64,000 nt of DNA from an uncultured delta proteobacterium. Its GTDB lineage: Bacteria; Desulfobacterota; Desulfomonilia; UBA1062. The notes below the pieces were generated by a model, which made no database searches, was not told the origin of the DNA, and was given only the letters and a program-made list of their open reading frames with translations. The stretch spans positions 173,540 to 237,539 of the forward strand of contig CAWAUM010000013.1 of assembly GCA_963785235.1 (NCBI GenBank), given 5' to 3'. Made by a program: the position numbers and the translations under genes. Shown piece by piece: positions 42,041 to 51,827 of this stretch (positions within the stretch are counted from its first letter, which is position 1; the number at the start of each line of letters is the position of its first letter).

Positions 42041-42272
42041 TAGATTATGTTTTGAACTATTCAACATCACTAAAGGATTGCTCCTGGCACAGGATCATCA
42101 CTTTCTCAGGACGTGAGGGAGTGATGATTTTATTGCAAGATCATCAGTTTTCAGCCAGCTTAAAAATAGAGTAGAATATTCGCAGATCATCGGTTCTGAG
42201 ACATTCTGAAACCAACTCATCTATTGCATTATCATCACTGTAGACAATATGAATAGTTTTGAACATAATCTA
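42041..42272. repeat. Inverted-repeat-bounded array of four about 46-nt units; candidate structured ncRNA or MITE
   Basis: 23-bp IR at 42041-42063/42250-42272; ATCATC cores at 42094, 42140, 42186 and 42231. Confidence 0.6.
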
Positions 42273-42311
42273 CGATTTTCTGGCATCTTAAATTCATAGT
42301 AAGGAAATCGG

Positions 42312-43046
42312 TTACATCACTGCTAGGAGACGCTTTGCCTCACCTACGTAGTATTTGTCACTGGAGCTTGCTGCCTTCTGGAGCAGGGCCTTGGCTTCGT
42401 CCTTGCTGCCTGTTTTCATAAGTGCTTCTCCCAGAAATACCAGCCCCTCCGGGTCATTGGGGAACGACTTCTGAAATTCCCTCAAATACTTGAGTGAGAG
42501 CTTCTTGTCCTGCAGCGGCCAGGGCAGCACGAACCAGAAGCGCCCCAAGGCCTTGATGGGCCCGCCGTCATAATACATCTTGTTCACCTGATAGGCTTTT
42601 TCAAATGAGCTCTGGGTCTTGTCCTTCAGCCCTTCCGCCAGCGCGGTGAGGATGCTTACACCATCAGAGTAGTTGCCCACCGAGAATCCATACCAGCAGT
42701 TCCCCTCAACTCCGTTTCCATTCAATGCGATGGCCTTTTCACCGTATTTCATGCCGAGCTTGCCGTATTCCTTGCAGACAGCCTTCCAGTCAGGGGTATT
42801 CCTTTTCTTGGATTCATTGGCAAACTCCCGGTATGACCGGGCCGCCTTCCATGCAGCCTCGTAACTTGCCGGATTCGCATCCAGGGCCTTCACAAACATA
42901 TCACCAGCGAGCTTGTAGCTCTCAAAACTCACCTTGCCCTTTTCATAGAGGGCATTGCCCTGGGCCATGAAATCTTCGGCCGCAAGGGCCAGAGGTAGAA
43001 CGAATACTACACATAGGCATACCGCAATCGCTAAAACTCTCTTCAT
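42312..43046 (-). CDS. Exported TPR-like protein
   Basis: Signal peptide MKRVLAIAV...ALA; TPR-like helices (YEAAWKAAR, KAIALN, ALGRFWFVLPWP). Confidence 0.75.
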   Translation of the reverse strand: MKRVLAIAVCLCVVFVLPLALAAEDFMAQGNALYEKGKVSFESYKLAGDMFVKALDANPASYEAAWKAARSYREFANESKKRNTPDWKAVCKEYGKLGMKYGEKAIALNGNGVEGNCWYGFSVGNYSDGVSILTALAEGLKDKTQSSFEKAYQVNKMYYDGGPIKALGRFWFVLPWPLQDKKLSLKYLREFQKSFPNDPEGLVFLGEALMKTGSKDEAKALLQKAASSSDKYYVGEAKRLLAVM

Positions 43047-43123
43047 GTCATCTTCTCCTTCATGTTTTTCATTGCCATGCGCTGAGCGCATCATTCACCG
43101 ATAGTTGCTCTGCCCCTAAGACG

Positions 43124-43549
43124 TCATGCCTGCTCCTGTACCTCCATGACAACCGAGCCCACCGGGCACTCTATGGAGCAGAATCCGCACGATATGCATG
43201 CCTTCTCATCTTTTAGAAAAGGGTACGTATGAGGGTCAGACGGGCCCTGCTGCTGCGACAGAGCCAGGCAGTTGGTGGGACATGCCTCCACGCAGATCGT
43301 ACAGGACATGCATCTGTCATAAATGAACACAGGTCGCCGCCACGCAGAGCGCTTCTCCATGAGGCAGGTCTTCCCGAACCTGTCCAGAACGGCACCCTGT
43401 GGACATACCTTCCCGCATGCCCTGCATTCGATGCACAGGGAATCATCAATTTTGTGAACCTTCTTTTTTTCCCCGGATATGGCGTCAGCAGGACAGATCT
43501 TGCTGCATGCACCGCACCCGTTACATTTTTCAATTATCTGAAATGCCAT
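43124..43549 (-). CDS. Polyferredoxin (four 4Fe-4S motifs)
   Basis: Four CxxCxxCxxxCP motifs. Confidence 0.92.
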   Translation of the reverse strand: MAFQIIEKCNGCGACSKICPADAISGEKKKVHKIDDSLCIECRACGKVCPQGAVLDRFGKTCLMEKRSAWRRPVFIYDRCMSCTICVEACPTNCLALSQQQGPSDPHTYPFLKDEKACISCGFCSIECPVGSVVMEVQEQA

Positions 43550-43570
43550 GTTTCACCTCCATAATCTCCA

Positions 43571-45532
43571 TCACCAGGTGCTGATTCCGAAACGATCCAG
43601 GCGTTCCTTGGTGGGTATTCCCGTTTTCGGGTCCCACCCGAACTGCTCCCAGTAGTTGCCCATCATTGTTTCGATGTCCACGGTTCTTCCCTTGTTGGCG
43701 CCTTCCTTCAGGGGCTTCATGCCCACAGCCCTGGCGCTCAGCTTGTTGGCCCTGGGATCGATCCCGTGCTTGATGTTGAAGGCCTGCTTGATGGTCTGAA
43801 TCCGCTCGCCGATATCCATATAGTCGTTGGGTGTCTTGTCCCAGCCGGTTACTGCATTGAGCCAGTCAAAAGTGGGAGTCCTCGTAATCCCGAAGAAGGT
43901 GCCGAACATGCACAGGCCTGATCCGTTCACTACATTCATGTATTTACTGCACGCAGCGTTCTCCTGTGAGCGTTTTTCATCCGGGGTATAGCGTCCGTTC
44001 TTCGTATAGATCTGGAAAGGAAGCTTCTTAGGTATACCCTTGACCCTTTTCCAGAGCTGGAACATTTCATAATACAGCTGGGCGCCAAGCGTGTGTCTCC
44101 CCGGGGTGGGCTCCACCGAGTAGTGGACGGCGAATCCGGGATCCATCCTGCCGTCATGCATGGCCGGCTCCTGTCCCCCTGCGTGGATGGCATATGCCTC
44201 AGAGCCTTTACGGATCTTCTGGGATGCCACCTTGACGCCGTCGGCCAGCAGGTCTCCGATCCCTTCACGGCTCACCATCTTGTGGATAAGTTCGGTCACG
44301 GCCTTGGCATTCCCCCAGGTCAGCTCAATTCCTCCGGTGTCTTCCTTGGTGATGAGCCCCTTTTCATAACACTCCATGGCGAAAGCCACGGTTGCCCCGG
44401 CTGAGATGGTATCCATGCCCGCCCTGTTGAGGAATTCGTTGAGGTAGAAGAGGCTGTCGGTGTCCTCGTTCATGCACAATCCCCCAAGCGCCAGGACCGA
44501 TTCGTACTCGGGCTTGTGGCTTTCCTTGTACTTGCCGGGATACGAACAGATGCCTCCACACCCGAGCGGGCAGGAATGGCAGTGGTACTTCACGGTCTCA
44601 TACCGCTTAATCATGTCCGGATCCGCCGATTTAGAATTATTCAGGTTCCAGTCCTTGTTGCTGCCCTTCCAGTTTTTCAACGGCGAATCCCCCCATGCAG
44701 GAGACATCTGGTTCATGGCAGCCGTGCCCCATTGTCTGAGCATGAATTTATAAATCATACCGTCCATGGCCATGGCCGTGGGGAGTATGCGAAGGAGGGT
44801 TCCCAGAAAGGCCAGGACAGGACTGGGGCCCAGAGGGATCTCAAACTGCACCCAGCGGTTACAGATTCTGCTGAGCCGGTGCACCTCCTCCCGGTTGTGC
44901 ACGTGGATACGCTTATTGCCGTCGAGCACGATTGCCTTGAGCTTTTTTGATCCCATCACCGCCCCGAGCCCTGACCGCGCGGCAAACCTTCCCTTATCGT
45001 TGCTGATCCCGGAAATCAGTGATCGCTTTTCTCCGGCCGGTCCGATCACCGCTACGCTCGCATGGCTGCCGTAATCCTTCTTCAGGCACTCTTCGGTTTC
45101 CGCAGTATCCTTGCCCCAGAGAGGCGTGGCATCCCTCAGTTCGGCCTTGCCGTTCTTCACGTAGAGCAGTACGGGTCTCTTGCTTAATCCGGAAAAGAAT
45201 ATCCCATCGTACCCGCAGCGTTTAAGGGCAGGGGAAAGTGTGCCGCCGCAGTTCGCATCGCCCCAGCCGCCGGTGAGGGGCGATTTGCCCACCACTGTCC
45301 ACCGGCCGGAGAAAAGACTGCCGGTACCGGTAAGCAGCCCGGAAACAAAGCCCAGGATGTTGTCGGGACCGAGAGGGTCTGCCCCGGGTGGGATCCTGTT
45401 GTAGAGTATATGGGCGGCAAGCCCCATGCCGGCGAGATACTTCTCGTACACCTCGTCGGGTATCAGCTCCTCGCGGATCATGCCGCTTGCGAGATCAACC
45501 ATCAGTATTTTTCCCATATATCCTCTGCCCAT
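43571..45532 (-). CDS. Aldehyde:ferredoxin oxidoreductase (tungsten AOR family)
   Basis: GYMGKIL.VDL, KSPLTGGWG, ARSGLGAVMGSKKLKA, CHSCPLGC, PEYES, GMDTIS. Confidence 0.93.
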   Translation of the reverse strand: MGRGYMGKILMVDLASGMIREELIPDEVYEKYLAGMGLAAHILYNRIPPGADPLGPDNILGFVSGLLTGTGSLFSGRWTVVGKSPLTGGWGDANCGGTLSPALKRCGYDGIFFSGLSKRPVLLYVKNGKAELRDATPLWGKDTAETEECLKKDYGSHASVAVIGPAGEKRSLISGISNDKGRFAARSGLGAVMGSKKLKAIVLDGNKRIHVHNREEVHRLSRICNRWVQFEIPLGPSPVLAFLGTLLRILPTAMAMDGMIYKFMLRQWGTAAMNQMSPAWGDSPLKNWKGSNKDWNLNNSKSADPDMIKRYETVKYHCHSCPLGCGGICSYPGKYKESHKPEYESVLALGGLCMNEDTDSLFYLNEFLNRAGMDTISAGATVAFAMECYEKGLITKEDTGGIELTWGNAKAVTELIHKMVSREGIGDLLADGVKVASQKIRKGSEAYAIHAGGQEPAMHDGRMDPGFAVHYSVEPTPGRHTLGAQLYYEMFQLWKRVKGIPKKLPFQIYTKNGRYTPDEKRSQENAACSKYMNVVNGSGLCMFGTFFGITRTPTFDWLNAVTGWDKTPNDYMDIGERIQTIKQAFNIKHGIDPRANKLSARAVGMKPLKEGANKGRTVDIETMMGNYWEQFGWDPKTGIPTKERLDRFGISTW

Positions 45533-45658
45533 ATTGCCTCCTCTCCCTCTGTACTGGGAATCCTTTCTGTTCGTCTTGAACCTGGGCCGGGGGTTCTTCT
45601 CCATCGGGCGTCCAGCCCGATTCTTTTCTGGAAGTCCCCAGGCCGGTTGGCTTCGTGA

Positions 45659-47392
45659 TTATGCCGCCCTGCGTGCCATTTCCTCTGTACGGAGGTCCTT
45701 CCTGAGGATCTTGCCCACAGCGCTCTTAGGCAGCGTTTCCCTGAACTCAACCTCCTCGGGCCACTTGTATTTGGCTAGCTTGTCCTTGCAGAAGTTGATT
45801 ATTTCTTCAGGTGTTGCCTGCTGACCCTGCTTGAGAACCACGAACACCTTGACCGCCTCGCCGCGGGTCGGGTTGGGTACGCCTATGGAACATGCCTCCA
45901 GTACCTTGGGGTGTTCATAGAGTACCTCGTCGATATCCCGGGGATAGACATTGTACCCTCCTGAGATGATCATGTCCTTTATCCTGTCAACTATGTAGAA
46001 GTACCCGTCCTCATCCATCGTGGCAACGTCGCCAGTATGGAGCCACCCGTCTCTGACCGTCTCCTTAGTTTCTTCAGGCTTGCCTTTGTATCCCCGCATG
46101 ACCTGGGGCCCCCGCACGATTAGTTCTCCCGGTTCCCCCAGAGGCACATCGGTCTGCCTATCATTGATATCCACGAGCCGGCACTCGGTATTCGGTATCG
46201 GGACGCCTATACTCCCGGGCTTTGGTTTACCTTTTGCAAAGGGATTGACGTGCGTGACCGGCGAAGACTCTGTCATGCCGAACCCCTCGCAGATGATGCT
46301 GCCGGTCTTTTCCTCGAACTTTTTAATCACGTCGATAGGCAGAGGCGCACTTCCCGAAAAACAGCCGGTGACATGGGAAAGATCGAGTTCTTTGATCTTA
46401 GGATGGCTCAGCAGCCCGATATACATGGTGGGAACCATGGGCAGGAACGTGGGCTTGTACTTGGCTACTGCCTCGAAAAGCTGCTCGGGCTGGGGCTTCG
46501 GCACGAGGACATTTCCCCAGCCCATAGAGATGGCATAGTTCATCGAGGTGGTCAAACCGAAGACATGGAAGAACGGGAGCGCCCCCAGCATCACCTCATG
46601 GCCGCGCTTGCAGCTTGGGAACCATGCGGCAAGCTGCTGTACGTTCTTGCTCAGGTTTCCGTGGGTAAGCTCCACACCCTTCGAGACCCCTGTTGTTCCA
46701 CCGGTATACTGGTACTGGGCGACATCGTCCAGAGAGAGGTTCACCTGCAGCTTATGGGGCTGATACCGTGAAAGGAGGGGTTTCCATGGGTACACATCCC
46801 CTGCCTCCTTCACCTCGGCAGCGAGCCCCTTCTTCTTGGCCACCAGGGGGAAGAGGACGCTCTTGGGGAAGGGGAGATAATCGCCTATGGAGGCAACGAC
46901 GATCTGCTTTATGGAAGTGCTCGACCTGAGGTCAATCATCCTGTTGGCAAGGAGATCAATGGTGACGAGCACCTTGGACCCTGAATCTTTGAACTGGTGC
47001 AGAAGCTCCTTGTCCGAGTAGAGGGGATTGTTCATGACCGCGATGGCGCCGATCTTCAGGATGGCATAATACGCAGCCACGCACTGGATCGTGTTCGGCA
47101 GGAGAATGGCAACACTGTCTCCTTTGTGTATGCCGAAATCCACAAGGCAGTTGGCGAAACGGTCCACCATGTCTTTCAGCTCCCTGTAGGTCAGGGTGAA
47201 CCCCATGAAATTGAGCGCCACATGTTTCGGGAACTCACGGGCCGATCTCTCCAGGAAGTCAGGAATGCACAGGTTTTCGAATTCGATGTTTACTGGAACG
47301 CCAGCTGTGTACGATGAAAGCCAGGTTTTATTCACGTTTTTCATTGTAATATCCTTCCCTGATGATTTTTTTATTTTTTTTGGGGTCGTCAT
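45659..47392 (-). CDS. Long-chain fatty acid-CoA ligase family protein
   Basis: YTGGTTGVSKG, EGFGMTE, GWLHTGD, DRIKDMI, LPKSAVGK. Confidence 0.93.
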   Translation of the reverse strand: MTTPKKIKKSSGKDITMKNVNKTWLSSYTAGVPVNIEFENLCIPDFLERSAREFPKHVALNFMGFTLTYRELKDMVDRFANCLVDFGIHKGDSVAILLPNTIQCVAAYYAILKIGAIAVMNNPLYSDKELLHQFKDSGSKVLVTIDLLANRMIDLRSSTSIKQIVVASIGDYLPFPKSVLFPLVAKKKGLAAEVKEAGDVYPWKPLLSRYQPHKLQVNLSLDDVAQYQYTGGTTGVSKGVELTHGNLSKNVQQLAAWFPSCKRGHEVMLGALPFFHVFGLTTSMNYAISMGWGNVLVPKPQPEQLFEAVAKYKPTFLPMVPTMYIGLLSHPKIKELDLSHVTGCFSGSAPLPIDVIKKFEEKTGSIICEGFGMTESSPVTHVNPFAKGKPKPGSIGVPIPNTECRLVDINDRQTDVPLGEPGELIVRGPQVMRGYKGKPEETKETVRDGWLHTGDVATMDEDGYFYIVDRIKDMIISGGYNVYPRDIDEVLYEHPKVLEACSIGVPNPTRGEAVKVFVVLKQGQQATPEEIINFCKDKLAKYKWPEEVEFRETLPKSAVGKILRKDLRTEEMARRAA

Positions 47393-48189
47393 AGGGACAT
47401 CCCCTTGCGCTTCGCGAACACTGCAGCACCTAAAGCCCCGATAATCTGAGGGTCTACCGGGAGCGATGTCACCTGCATGTTAATGATCTTTGCGAGCGAC
47501 TTGATGAGCCCCTGGTTCTTGGCGCACCCACCCGTCACCGTCACCAGCGGCTTCATGCCTATTCGTTTGAGGAGCGAAAAACACCGTTTCGACACGGCCG
47601 CCTGGATACCAGCAGCAATTTCCTCAGGCGGGTTTTTCCTGGCCAGCAGGCTGATCACCTCGCTCTCGGCAAAGACACTGCACTGCGCAGTGACCGGTAT
47701 GATCTTTCCAGCCCTGAGGGAAAGCTCGGAAAACGCCTCAAGGTCCATACGGAAAATTCGGCTCATGGCCTCGAAGAACCGGCCTGTGCCAGCGGCGCAC
47801 TTGTCATTCATTGCAAACTCCATCACTGATCCATCGCCATTGAGCGATATGGCCTTCACATCCTGACCGCCGATGTCCACGATGGTCTTGACACCGGGGC
47901 TGCATGAATAAGTGCCCATTGCATGGCAGCTGATCTCCGAGATGTTTTCATTGGCAAAGGGAACCTCGTTTCTCCCGTATCCCGTGCCAACGAGGTAGGA
48001 AAGGTCCTTGTATCTTCCAAGGTCCGGAACTAAAGCGCAGGCCTTATCCAGCGCAAGTATCGAGGTCAGCTCCGGATCGATCTCACTCGGGACAATGGAG
48101 GAGGCAATGATGGAACCTTTCTCATCGATGATGACTGCCTTCCCTGTTGTCGAACCCACATCGCATCCGCCGAAATATCTTTTTGCCAT
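47389..48189 (-). CDS. ASKHA activase (HgdC/BadF-BadG-BcrA-BcrD type)
   Basis: GCDVGSTTGK, GTGYGR, DIGGQD, NDKCAAGTGRF, CSVFAESE. Confidence 0.92.
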   Translation of the reverse strand: MAKRYFGGCDVGSTTGKAVIIDEKGSIIASSIVPSEIDPELTSILALDKACALVPDLGRYKDLSYLVGTGYGRNEVPFANENISEISCHAMGTYSCSPGVKTIVDIGGQDVKAISLNGDGSVMEFAMNDKCAAGTGRFFEAMSRIFRMDLEAFSELSLRAGKIIPVTAQCSVFAESEVISLLARKNPPEEIAAGIQAAVSKRCFSLLKRIGMKPLVTVTGGCAKNQGLIKSLAKIINMQVTSLPVDPQIIGALGAAVFAKRKGMSL

Positions 48190-48205
48190 ACCTTTCTCCT
48201 TGTTG

Positions 48206-49738
48206 TTATTGGCCGATCCGCTTCGCCTTCATGACGTTTTCCATGAAATGATCCACCTGCCTGACCATGCCCTCGTGGGAAACAATGCGTGGATCGAGCA
48301 GGTCGTAATCGAGTATGAGCAGGGGGATGTTCATCTCACGGCATTTTTCCCTGAGAATCCCGTTCATGGCCCCTGCGCTCTTGCAGCCCACATGATTTGC
48401 GATCCACACCATGTCGAGATCGAACTGGTTGTATATGCGGAAGATATCGTCCAGGTAGTTTTCAGCCGGCCCCCTGGTATGACGGACCATGGGGCCCTGC
48501 AGCATGACCTGAGCCACCCCCTTCAGCATGGATTCCGGCGTGGAGGTGTCGATGAGTGTGTGGCGGTTGTAGGTCATGCTGTCCATGATGAGCGTAAGCC
48601 CATAGGTGCGCTCCATCAGGTTCAGAATGTCTACAAAATGGACGAAAGGCGGGTTCCAGAGCACTGCCCGGTATTTCTCATTTTCAACAGCCGGGATCTT
48701 TGCGTTGAGGTTCTTCCGTGCCAGTTCCACCAGCCGTTCAAAAACCCGGATGGATATCTTGTGCCCGGGAAACACATAAAAGAACCACATGTGGCTCAGC
48801 CACACGGCTTCGCCCGCCAGGGGCGTTGGCTTTACCCGTATCATGTCCCACAGCTCGAGCTCGAGTTCCATCATGCGGTTGCGCCCCTCGCAGATCTCCT
48901 TGAGGTGGCCCCAGTCCATGCGGCCGGGTGTGTGCTTTTCGAGGAAGGCTATCAGGCCCTTGAAGTCCTCGACGAAGAGCTTTTCCGCACGTTCGTTGTA
49001 GAAATGAGCAGGGGCATCGATCCGGTATATGGGGACGCCATACGTCTGTTCGGTAAACGTGTACGAGGCCAGTCCCGCATCGCACGGCATGTTCGAGCCC
49101 ACGATGGCAAGTCCCTTAGGCATGTGCCCCTTGATGATCATGCCCATGGCCATCTTCACGAAACTGCAGGCATCGGGGTTGATGCCCGCGTTCTCCGCCT
49201 CGTCGATATATTTCAGGGCTGTTTCGGGGTAGAGGAACGGCAGCAGGATGCCGAAGTCTTCGAGCTGCCATGTGCAGAGACCCATGGCACGGACAATCTC
49301 GGGGGTGATCAGATCAGCGCTTACGATGAGTCGGTCCGAGCGGTAGAATATATCTTCCATGAGCTCAACCACGGTCAGCGTAATGCCATGAATGATCAGG
49401 CCCGTGGATTCGAGGTAAGCCCCTTTTCTCCCCCGGGTGAGCCGCCGGAGCAGGCCGGTCGCCCTCAGGAGTATGAATATCCAGGGATAATGGATAAGCT
49501 GCCGGATGAGAAAGAGGGGCCCCTTCTTGAAGATGACCTTGAGGATAAGTTTGAAAATAGCCGCCCATATGAGGGTCCAGTATTTACTATAGATCAAAGC
49601 GTCATTGAGACTCTTCACTTCCATGATATAGCCGGCCAGGGAGTTCCGGAAAAAGGACTTCACCTGGGACGGAAGCCCCATGATTACGGACTTTGCATTG
49701 GCAATTGTATCCTTCACGTTCATTATGCCCTCCATCAT
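48206..49738 (-). CDS. 2-hydroxyacyl-CoA dehydratase family subunit with hydrophobic N-terminal extension
   Basis: PEIVRAMG, DACSFVK, NMPCD, HVGCK, IPLLILDYDLLD. Confidence 0.85.
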   Translation of the reverse strand: MMEGIMNVKDTIANAKSVIMGLPSQVKSFFRNSLAGYIMEVKSLNDALIYSKYWTLIWAAIFKLILKVIFKKGPLFLIRQLIHYPWIFILLRATGLLRRLTRGRKGAYLESTGLIIHGITLTVVELMEDIFYRSDRLIVSADLITPEIVRAMGLCTWQLEDFGILLPFLYPETALKYIDEAENAGINPDACSFVKMAMGMIIKGHMPKGLAIVGSNMPCDAGLASYTFTEQTYGVPIYRIDAPAHFYNERAEKLFVEDFKGLIAFLEKHTPGRMDWGHLKEICEGRNRMMELELELWDMIRVKPTPLAGEAVWLSHMWFFYVFPGHKISIRVFERLVELARKNLNAKIPAVENEKYRAVLWNPPFVHFVDILNLMERTYGLTLIMDSMTYNRHTLIDTSTPESMLKGVAQVMLQGPMVRHTRGPAENYLDDIFRIYNQFDLDMVWIANHVGCKSAGAMNGILREKCREMNIPLLILDYDLLDPRIVSHEGMVRQVDHFMENVMKAKRIGQ

Positions 49739-49739
49739 G

Positions 49740-50876
49740 TCATTTCCCCATGCTCTCCAGAAAGGCCTGGACACGGGTGCGGAGCTGTCCTTCCCCCACC
49801 AGCCGGTATTCGCGCTCGAGCTTGAGCACCGGGATCCCCTCCTTCCTCAGCGCGCTCACCAGCGGCACCGAATCCACGCCCCACAGGTCACAGAACTTGA
49901 GGATCTCCAGGACCACGCCGTCCACCTTGTACTCCCGAACCGTGTCCAGGATGGTCTGGAGCCTTCTGGGGAAGCTCTCCATCATGCGGGGGCACAGGGT
50001 CTTTTTGAAGGAATGCTCCGCAAGGATTCTCATGGGGTCGCCCCCGTCCCCTTCAATGGGTATCAGTCCGGGGATGGAGCCGGTGCAGAACCGGTCGGCC
50101 ACCACCAGCCCCCCCTGGGATTCGATGAGGCTGATGAACCCGGGGTCGTGCAGGTGCCCGCCCACCACCATCAGGCGGGCCCTGTGGTTTTCCAGTCCGG
50201 GGCGCTTTTCCAACTTTTCCCTGAACTGGTTGATCTTCGGCATGATCAGGTCCTTGGGCGAAGCTAGGGAGGCCATGAGCAGGGCATGGAACTCGGTGCC
50301 CGTGATGGGTGGATCCGGCCTCTTTCTCAGATCGCCGATTTCCCTGAGGACTCGCGCAAAGGAGTTCCATTCATCGATGGCCTTCTTGAGGGATGCATCG
50401 CCCATGTCCACACCGAAATGCCCTGCGAGCTTGTCCCTGAGCATGGCAAGCTCCTCGGCCAGCCAGACCGTGTTGACCTCGTTTATCTTCCGCGGCACGT
50501 CGATGGTGTGCTTGAACGCAGGCTTCTTGAGATAGTCCAGGTTGTCGGCCAGGCGCTGCATGTGGGCGCATGAAGGCACGAAGACCCATCCCTTAACCAG
50601 GTCGTACCGGTCGTCCATGGCGAATTCCAGGAGGCTCCGCGCATAAGAGCAGATGAAGCTCCCCAGGTAGTTGTCCGCTATCTCCGTGCCTGCAACCCCT
50701 GTTGCGTGCAGGCGCAGCGGGAATAGCTTGTCCGCCATTAGCAGGGGCTCGGGCACGAACGAGCAGGAATAGGCGATGGGTATGCGCCCGTGCCCCACGG
50801 CCTGCTCCACCAAGCTGTTCTGCGGACTCTCAAGAAGGTCGAAGAATTCCTGCACTATTCCGGTATTTTTCGTCAT
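49740..50876 (-). CDS. 2-hydroxyacyl-CoA dehydratase family subunit (HgdB/BcrC-like)
   Basis: CSFVPEPL, ICSYARS, DRFCTG, KFCDLW, LEREY, GQLRTRVQAFLE. Confidence 0.88.
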   Translation of the reverse strand: MTKNTGIVQEFFDLLESPQNSLVEQAVGHGRIPIAYSCSFVPEPLLMADKLFPLRLHATGVAGTEIADNYLGSFICSYARSLLEFAMDDRYDLVKGWVFVPSCAHMQRLADNLDYLKKPAFKHTIDVPRKINEVNTVWLAEELAMLRDKLAGHFGVDMGDASLKKAIDEWNSFARVLREIGDLRKRPDPPITGTEFHALLMASLASPKDLIMPKINQFREKLEKRPGLENHRARLMVVGGHLHDPGFISLIESQGGLVVADRFCTGSIPGLIPIEGDGGDPMRILAEHSFKKTLCPRMMESFPRRLQTILDTVREYKVDGVVLEILKFCDLWGVDSVPLVSALRKEGIPVLKLEREYRLVGEGQLRTRVQAFLESMGK

Positions 50877-50948
50877 GTCACACTCCCCGGCACCTTGAAA
50901 ACATCTCGATCCATCCATCTCATCACCGTCAATCCCTCCCTGAGTATG

Positions 50949-51782
50949 TCAATAAATGCTCTCACCCGGCTCCACATCGCCGAAGAGACGGGCAAAGAGC
51001 GTGTTGTATAGTGAAAATATCACGATGTTGCCAAGCAGCCACGACGAGCTTATGGCTGTCTGCGGGCAGACATTCTGACAGTGGTAGCACCGGATGCACC
51101 GTCCATCCAGAACCGGGTAGGGATTCAGGGTAATGCTCTGCATGGGGCATTCCTGGGCGCAAACAGTGCACTTGTTGCACAGGGCCTGATCAATCTTCGG
51201 CTTGGGCAGAAGGATACGAAGCAGAAAGGGCTGCGCTATGAATGCCACCAGTTCATAAAATCCCCACCTGAGACTCAGTGCGTCCTTCCTTCCTTCTGAT
51301 ATAGGCCCTGCCCGTCCGGTTTGCAGGTGATTGGCAAGGGATTCGGCAAACATGCGGGCGCGCGCCAGGTCTGCCTGGTTGGGGCGTCCCGGCATGCGGC
51401 CCATGAGGCTCGGGGCTGGGTGATGAACGGTTCCTCGTCCCATGAACCCTGCCATAACCGAAGCACCTCTTCTCTGCATGATACGTGTGAGGTCATAGAG
51501 TACTCGCCCGGGCTGCCCTCCAGAGGTGGCAAAGACAAAAGACGGTTTTGCATGCATGTACGGCATGGAAGAGAGATAGTCCTTGACGGGAGCGGGTGCC
51601 TGGCTTTCAAAACAAGGCGTCCCTACGCCCAGCACATCACACCCTGTAATATCCGACGGAAGTGCATCCTTCATGGACAGGGTGCGGACTGTATGACCCT
51701 TTATGCTGAATGCATCAGCCATGGCCTCGGCAACCGTGCGAGTATTCCCGGTCTGGGAGAAATACACCAGCACCACGTTCAT
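50949..51782 (-). CDS. EFR1-type flavodoxin-ferredoxin fusion
   Basis: YFSQTGNT, CNKCTVCAQECP, CIRCYHCQNVCP. Confidence 0.88.
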   Translation of the reverse strand: MNVVLVYFSQTGNTRTVAEAMADAFSIKGHTVRTLSMKDALPSDITGCDVLGVGTPCFESQAPAPVKDYLSSMPYMHAKPSFVFATSGGQPGRVLYDLTRIMQRRGASVMAGFMGRGTVHHPAPSLMGRMPGRPNQADLARARMFAESLANHLQTGRAGPISEGRKDALSLRWGFYELVAFIAQPFLLRILLPKPKIDQALCNKCTVCAQECPMQSITLNPYPVLDGRCIRCYHCQNVCPQTAISSSWLLGNIVIFSLYNTLFARLFGDVEPGESIY

Positions 51783-51827
51783 CTTACGCTCCCTCCTGTA
51801 TGCAGGATGGCTTACCGATTGATGCCT

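Noticed and set aside
42144-42266. 40-aa minus-strand ORF MFKTIHIVYSDDN...
   Set aside because: No clear RBS or family resemblance, and it lies inside the repeat structure
42041-42272. Canonical CRISPR array or TIGR array
   Set aside because: Repeats are short and degenerate, the period is about 46 nt, and no cas or Nop-domain gene was recognised; kept only as an unexplained array
48008-49825. 605-aa plus-strand ORF
   Set aside because: Antisense shadow of the dehydratase gene; the same applies to 9574..10473 and 2136..2993
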